Below are positions 57,050 to 64,000 of a DNA stretch of 64,000 nt, in pieces. The stretch's first letter is position 1. Each line of letters opens with the position of its first letter. The notes beneath the pieces are model-generated. The model had not been told where the DNA came from, did not search any database, and worked only from the letters and a program-made list of their open reading frames with translations. The stretch spans positions 55,056,001-55,120,000 of the forward strand of contig OZ024741.1 of NCBI GenBank assembly GCA_964016885.1. Direction: 5' to 3'. The translations under genes were made by a program, and so were the position numbers. Source of the DNA: Eledone cirrhosa (Eukaryota).

Positions 57050-57255
57050 ATTTATCAATCTATCTATCTCTCCGTCTGTCTATATATCTATCAATCTATC
57101 TGTCTTTCCGCCTGTCTATCTATCTATCTCTCCGTCTGTCTATATATCTATCAATCTATCTATCTTTCCGTCTGTCTATCTATCTATCTCTCCGTCTGTC
57201 TATCTATCTATCTCTCCGTCTGTATCAATCTATCTATCTTTCCGTCTATCTATAC
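57050..57255. repeat. (TCTA)n-based minisatellite with tccgtctgt units
   Basis: Directly visible. Confidence 0.85.
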
Positions 57256-57665
57256 ATTAATATTTGGTTCTGATTAAGAGTAACGCCTTTTGTTTTTTAT
57301 TTTTGTATATTTTTCCCATTGTCTTTTGTGAGTTTGATTATTTTTCAGCCAACATTCAAGGTGAGGTCGTGAAATCCTAGAAACGCTGATAGTAATCTAT
57401 ATCTATTACATAGACATATTATATAAGGAGACTCAGCAATAAATAATCCATTACAATAACAATACGAAGAAACAATCGATAAAGGAAACAAAATCTGAAC
57501 AGCCTGAGTTGTTTAGTTACGCACACAAACACACACACGTGAACAATCTCATAGACAAACACATATACGCACACGCACATACATATATACATATATATAT
57601 ATAATACATATATGTATATGCATGTATATATATATATATATGTGTGTGTGTGTGCATGTATGTAC

Positions 57666-57721
<56 letters not shown>

Positions 57722-59595
57722 TCGTTTACTCTTTAACATGTTCCAACCATCCGGCTGAGGCCATGCTGGGGCATATGTATAATATATATATATATATATA
57801 TATATATTTGATTCATTGCACATACACATACAAACAAAACACAGACGGATTCACAGACACACTCATACATACGCACACGCACATCCATCAACGTTAAGAA
57901 ACCACACATACACAGAGAAGCAATAATGCTCGCCCATAAAATGCGCTCCTTCAGCACACATATAACAACACCCATGACACACCAGGACTCTCAACTACGG
58001 CACCCACTCCCAAATGCCAGACTACTCACCTACCACTCCACCCTTCTTAAAACTTTTTTTTATCGAAACTCAGATGTTCCAACTTTTTCTTTGTCTCTGA
58101 ACTCTCCATTTCCTGAAGAAGGACTTACATCCGAAAAGACAAACCCTCTTCTACATCCCCCTAAGTATAATACTAATAAGACTTTGTATTTGTGCATCTC
58201 TGTGTGCGGTAGATATATTGTCTTTAAAGCGTATAAATATCCGAGACCCCCAGTAGACAACTGATGAGGAACCCCCCCCCCCCCCCCCCATTCTTGCTTT
58301 CTTCTTATTCCCACTCTATTTTAAGCTACCTTAAATAGCAACTACACAGCCATTTCTGTTCTCCATATATGTTATCATGTTTTCACTGTGACCATTCTTC
58401 TCTCCCTTTCTACCTACCTATTTCGCTACTATCTACTCTCAACCCTCTTTCTTCCTCTTCCTTTCTCTCTCTCACTTTCACTCATTCTCTCTTCTTCTAC
58501 CTTACTATTTCGTTACTATCTACTCTTACCCCACTTTCTTACTCTCCCTTTCTCCCTCTCACTTTCACTCATCCTCTCTCTGCTTGCCACCTCATTGTTT
58601 CCCTCGCTTGACCCTCTAGTAGTCCTTTTCTCACTTACAATTGCTGGGATCAGACGTGTGTCTTTTTTCTCTTGTCCACACAGTCTTGAACTTAAGTTCT
58701 CTCCTCGTGTGGTCTTGGATTTTCTTACTTTATGTTGCTCGCACATGACTCGGTTTGTTGTTGTTTTTTTCGATGTTTTTTCACTGTTTTCTTTGTTCTT
58801 CCTTTTGTTTCCTTCCCTCTCTCCTCCATTTTCCCAATAACTTATCCAGTTATTGATACCCTGGGCGGTAGATATATTGTCTTTAAAGCGCAGAAATATC
58901 CGAGACCCCCAGTAGACAACTGATGAGGAAAACTCCCCACCCGTCGTCACCACCAACACATCCACCACACCACCACAAACGCCACTACAACAAGACCACA
59001 ACCACACCCCACACACGCCAACCCGTCTACCGACAACCCATTAACCTCACACCACACCCCATCCCAGGAAGCGACCATAACCACCATCTTATCATCACAT
59101 CCACCCCCACATACACTACAGGCCAAGGCCAACCCGCCGCCACCACACCACAGCCCATCACATTCAGCGACCGTCACCAACATCTCATCATCACCTCCAC
59201 CCCCACATACCCCACAAGCCAGTACATCCCTTTGATCCTTCCCACCAATCAAAACAACTCATTTTGTCAAACTCTTGAAATTCTGGCTTTACCACATAGT
59301 ATGTATTTCATTTTCTTATAGCATTTTAAAGGGTCCGTCAAGCTGCCGATTATTGAGTCGGGTAGGATCGATACAGATCGAACCTTGAGCTGATCAGTGG
59401 CGAAACGCGCGTCACCTATCAATAAATGCAATGAAGGAGTAATCAATCGTCCTTGTTATCCTTTCAATATATATATATATATATAATGGCAAAATTTGAA
59501 CAGGGACAAAACAGAGAGGCAGTACAACGAATGTTTATTAATTTCACGCTCTGGAGAGTGGGGTGTTGGTGGGGGGTATATATATATATATATAA

Positions 59596-59840
59596 GGGAT
59601 AAGAAGTTAGCGTTCTAGGCCATCCAGTTAGAGGTTGTGAATACTCCGTATTGTGGATAGTTTTAGTGTACGGCGTTGTTTGACTCAACGAGGGGTTCTT
59701 TAGGTAGCGAGTATATGAGTTCTCGGGAGCTCCTATGTAAGTTAATCTTGGGCTAATAATAGTGAAAGAGTGAAGAATAACATGGTCAACAGTACAAAAA
59801 GGGTTTTATTTACAGTATTAACAATTGTTTCATTGGTTAA
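59596..59840 (-). mobile_element. Solo pLTR/tail fragment related to the 13204 Naiad
   Basis: Homologous to 13204-13397. It continues into aatGAAAcaattgTTaatac on the minus strand, the 3' half of the 16298 HHR. Confidence 0.8.
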
Positions 59841-59920
59841 GTTGTCTTAAAATTGCTAATCACTTGAAGTTGTGTTACTCAACTTTAAATACGATGTATG
59901 CTTACCCAAATCTATTTCTA

Positions 59921-60079
59921 TATTGCTAATACTATCTATCTGTTGCAACTACAGGTAGAAGGAGCAACGTGAAATATAGTGTCTTGTTCAAGGACATAAT
60001 GCATCGCCTGGTCCAGGAATCGAACACACAACCTTACGATTGCGAATCCAATTCTCTAACCACTCAGCCACACGCCTTC
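59921..60079 (-). mobile_element. SINE B copy
   Basis: Minus-strand head ggcgtgtggctgagtggttagag...gttcgattcc. Confidence 0.8.
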
Positions 60080-60111
60080 ATATATATATATAAATATATA
60101 TATATATAGAC

Positions 60112-60145
<34 letters not shown>

Positions 60146-60146
60146 G

Positions 60147-60186
<40 letters not shown>

Positions 60187-60187
60187 C

Positions 60188-60247
<60 letters not shown>

Positions 60248-60248
60248 G

Positions 60249-63443
<3,195 letters not shown>

Positions 63444-63445
63444 TA

Positions 63446-63503
<58 letters not shown>

Positions 63504-63508
63504 CATAA

Positions 63509-63545
<37 letters not shown>

Positions 63546-63546
63546 C

Positions 63547-63579
<33 letters not shown>

Positions 63580-63585
63580 CATATA

Positions 63586-63696
<111 letters not shown>

Positions 63697-63736
63697 GATA
63701 TTAAATAAATGGAAACTATATTTATAAAACCATATT

Positions 63737-63802
63737 TATTTCATTATATATATTTCAGGGATATCATATTAACAATATGTTATGCCTTCTTCAGACAAAA
63801 TA
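63737..63802 (-). ncRNA. Minimal type I hammerhead (27819 family)
   Basis: tattttgt CTGAAGA aggcataacatatt-gtt-aatatgatatccct GAAA tatata TA atgaaata. Confidence 0.7.
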
Positions 63803-64000
63803 CAATATAGACAGTTTTATAGATAAATAGATTTGACATACCGTTCAACATCGACTTGTATTTGAAAAAGTTGATTTGGCAGTGAAAAATTGTAAACAGA
63901 AAGAAAGAAAGAAAGAAAGAAGGAAAGAAAGAAAGAAAACGAAGAAAAAGAAGAAAAAGAAGAAATGCATGCAACAAAATAGAGAGATGGAAAGATAGAT

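Overview
AT-rich, microsatellite-dense animal DNA. The SINE repertoire and (TA)n/(CA)n load suggest an octopus-like cephalopod (inference, not verified). No host protein-coding gene is supported, and most listed ORFs are microsatellite artefacts. The window is mostly decayed retroelements: Penelope-like elements (PLEs; two Neptune-like copies, two long Naiad-like copies and older fragments), CR1, RTE and R4/Dong LINE remnants, tRNA-derived SINEs, a Tc1/mariner-type MITE and minisatellites. The main signal is a hammerhead-ribozyme (HHR) system. At 48.3-53.6 kb, ten ~500-bp non-coding units lie in tandem. Each carries a minimal type I HHR on the minus strand, an octamer motif and its own (TA)n tract, and the units are arranged as a trimeric higher-order repeat. 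The array ends in a PLE-style inverted fragment, so it is a candidate non-LTR retrozyme. A diverged two-unit relative at 31.5-32.3 kb shows a compensatory stem change. Many other HHR-bearing PLE footprints sit in (TA)n tracts, including natural core variants (U3-A8, C4). All structures were folded by eye; cleavage and expression are untested.
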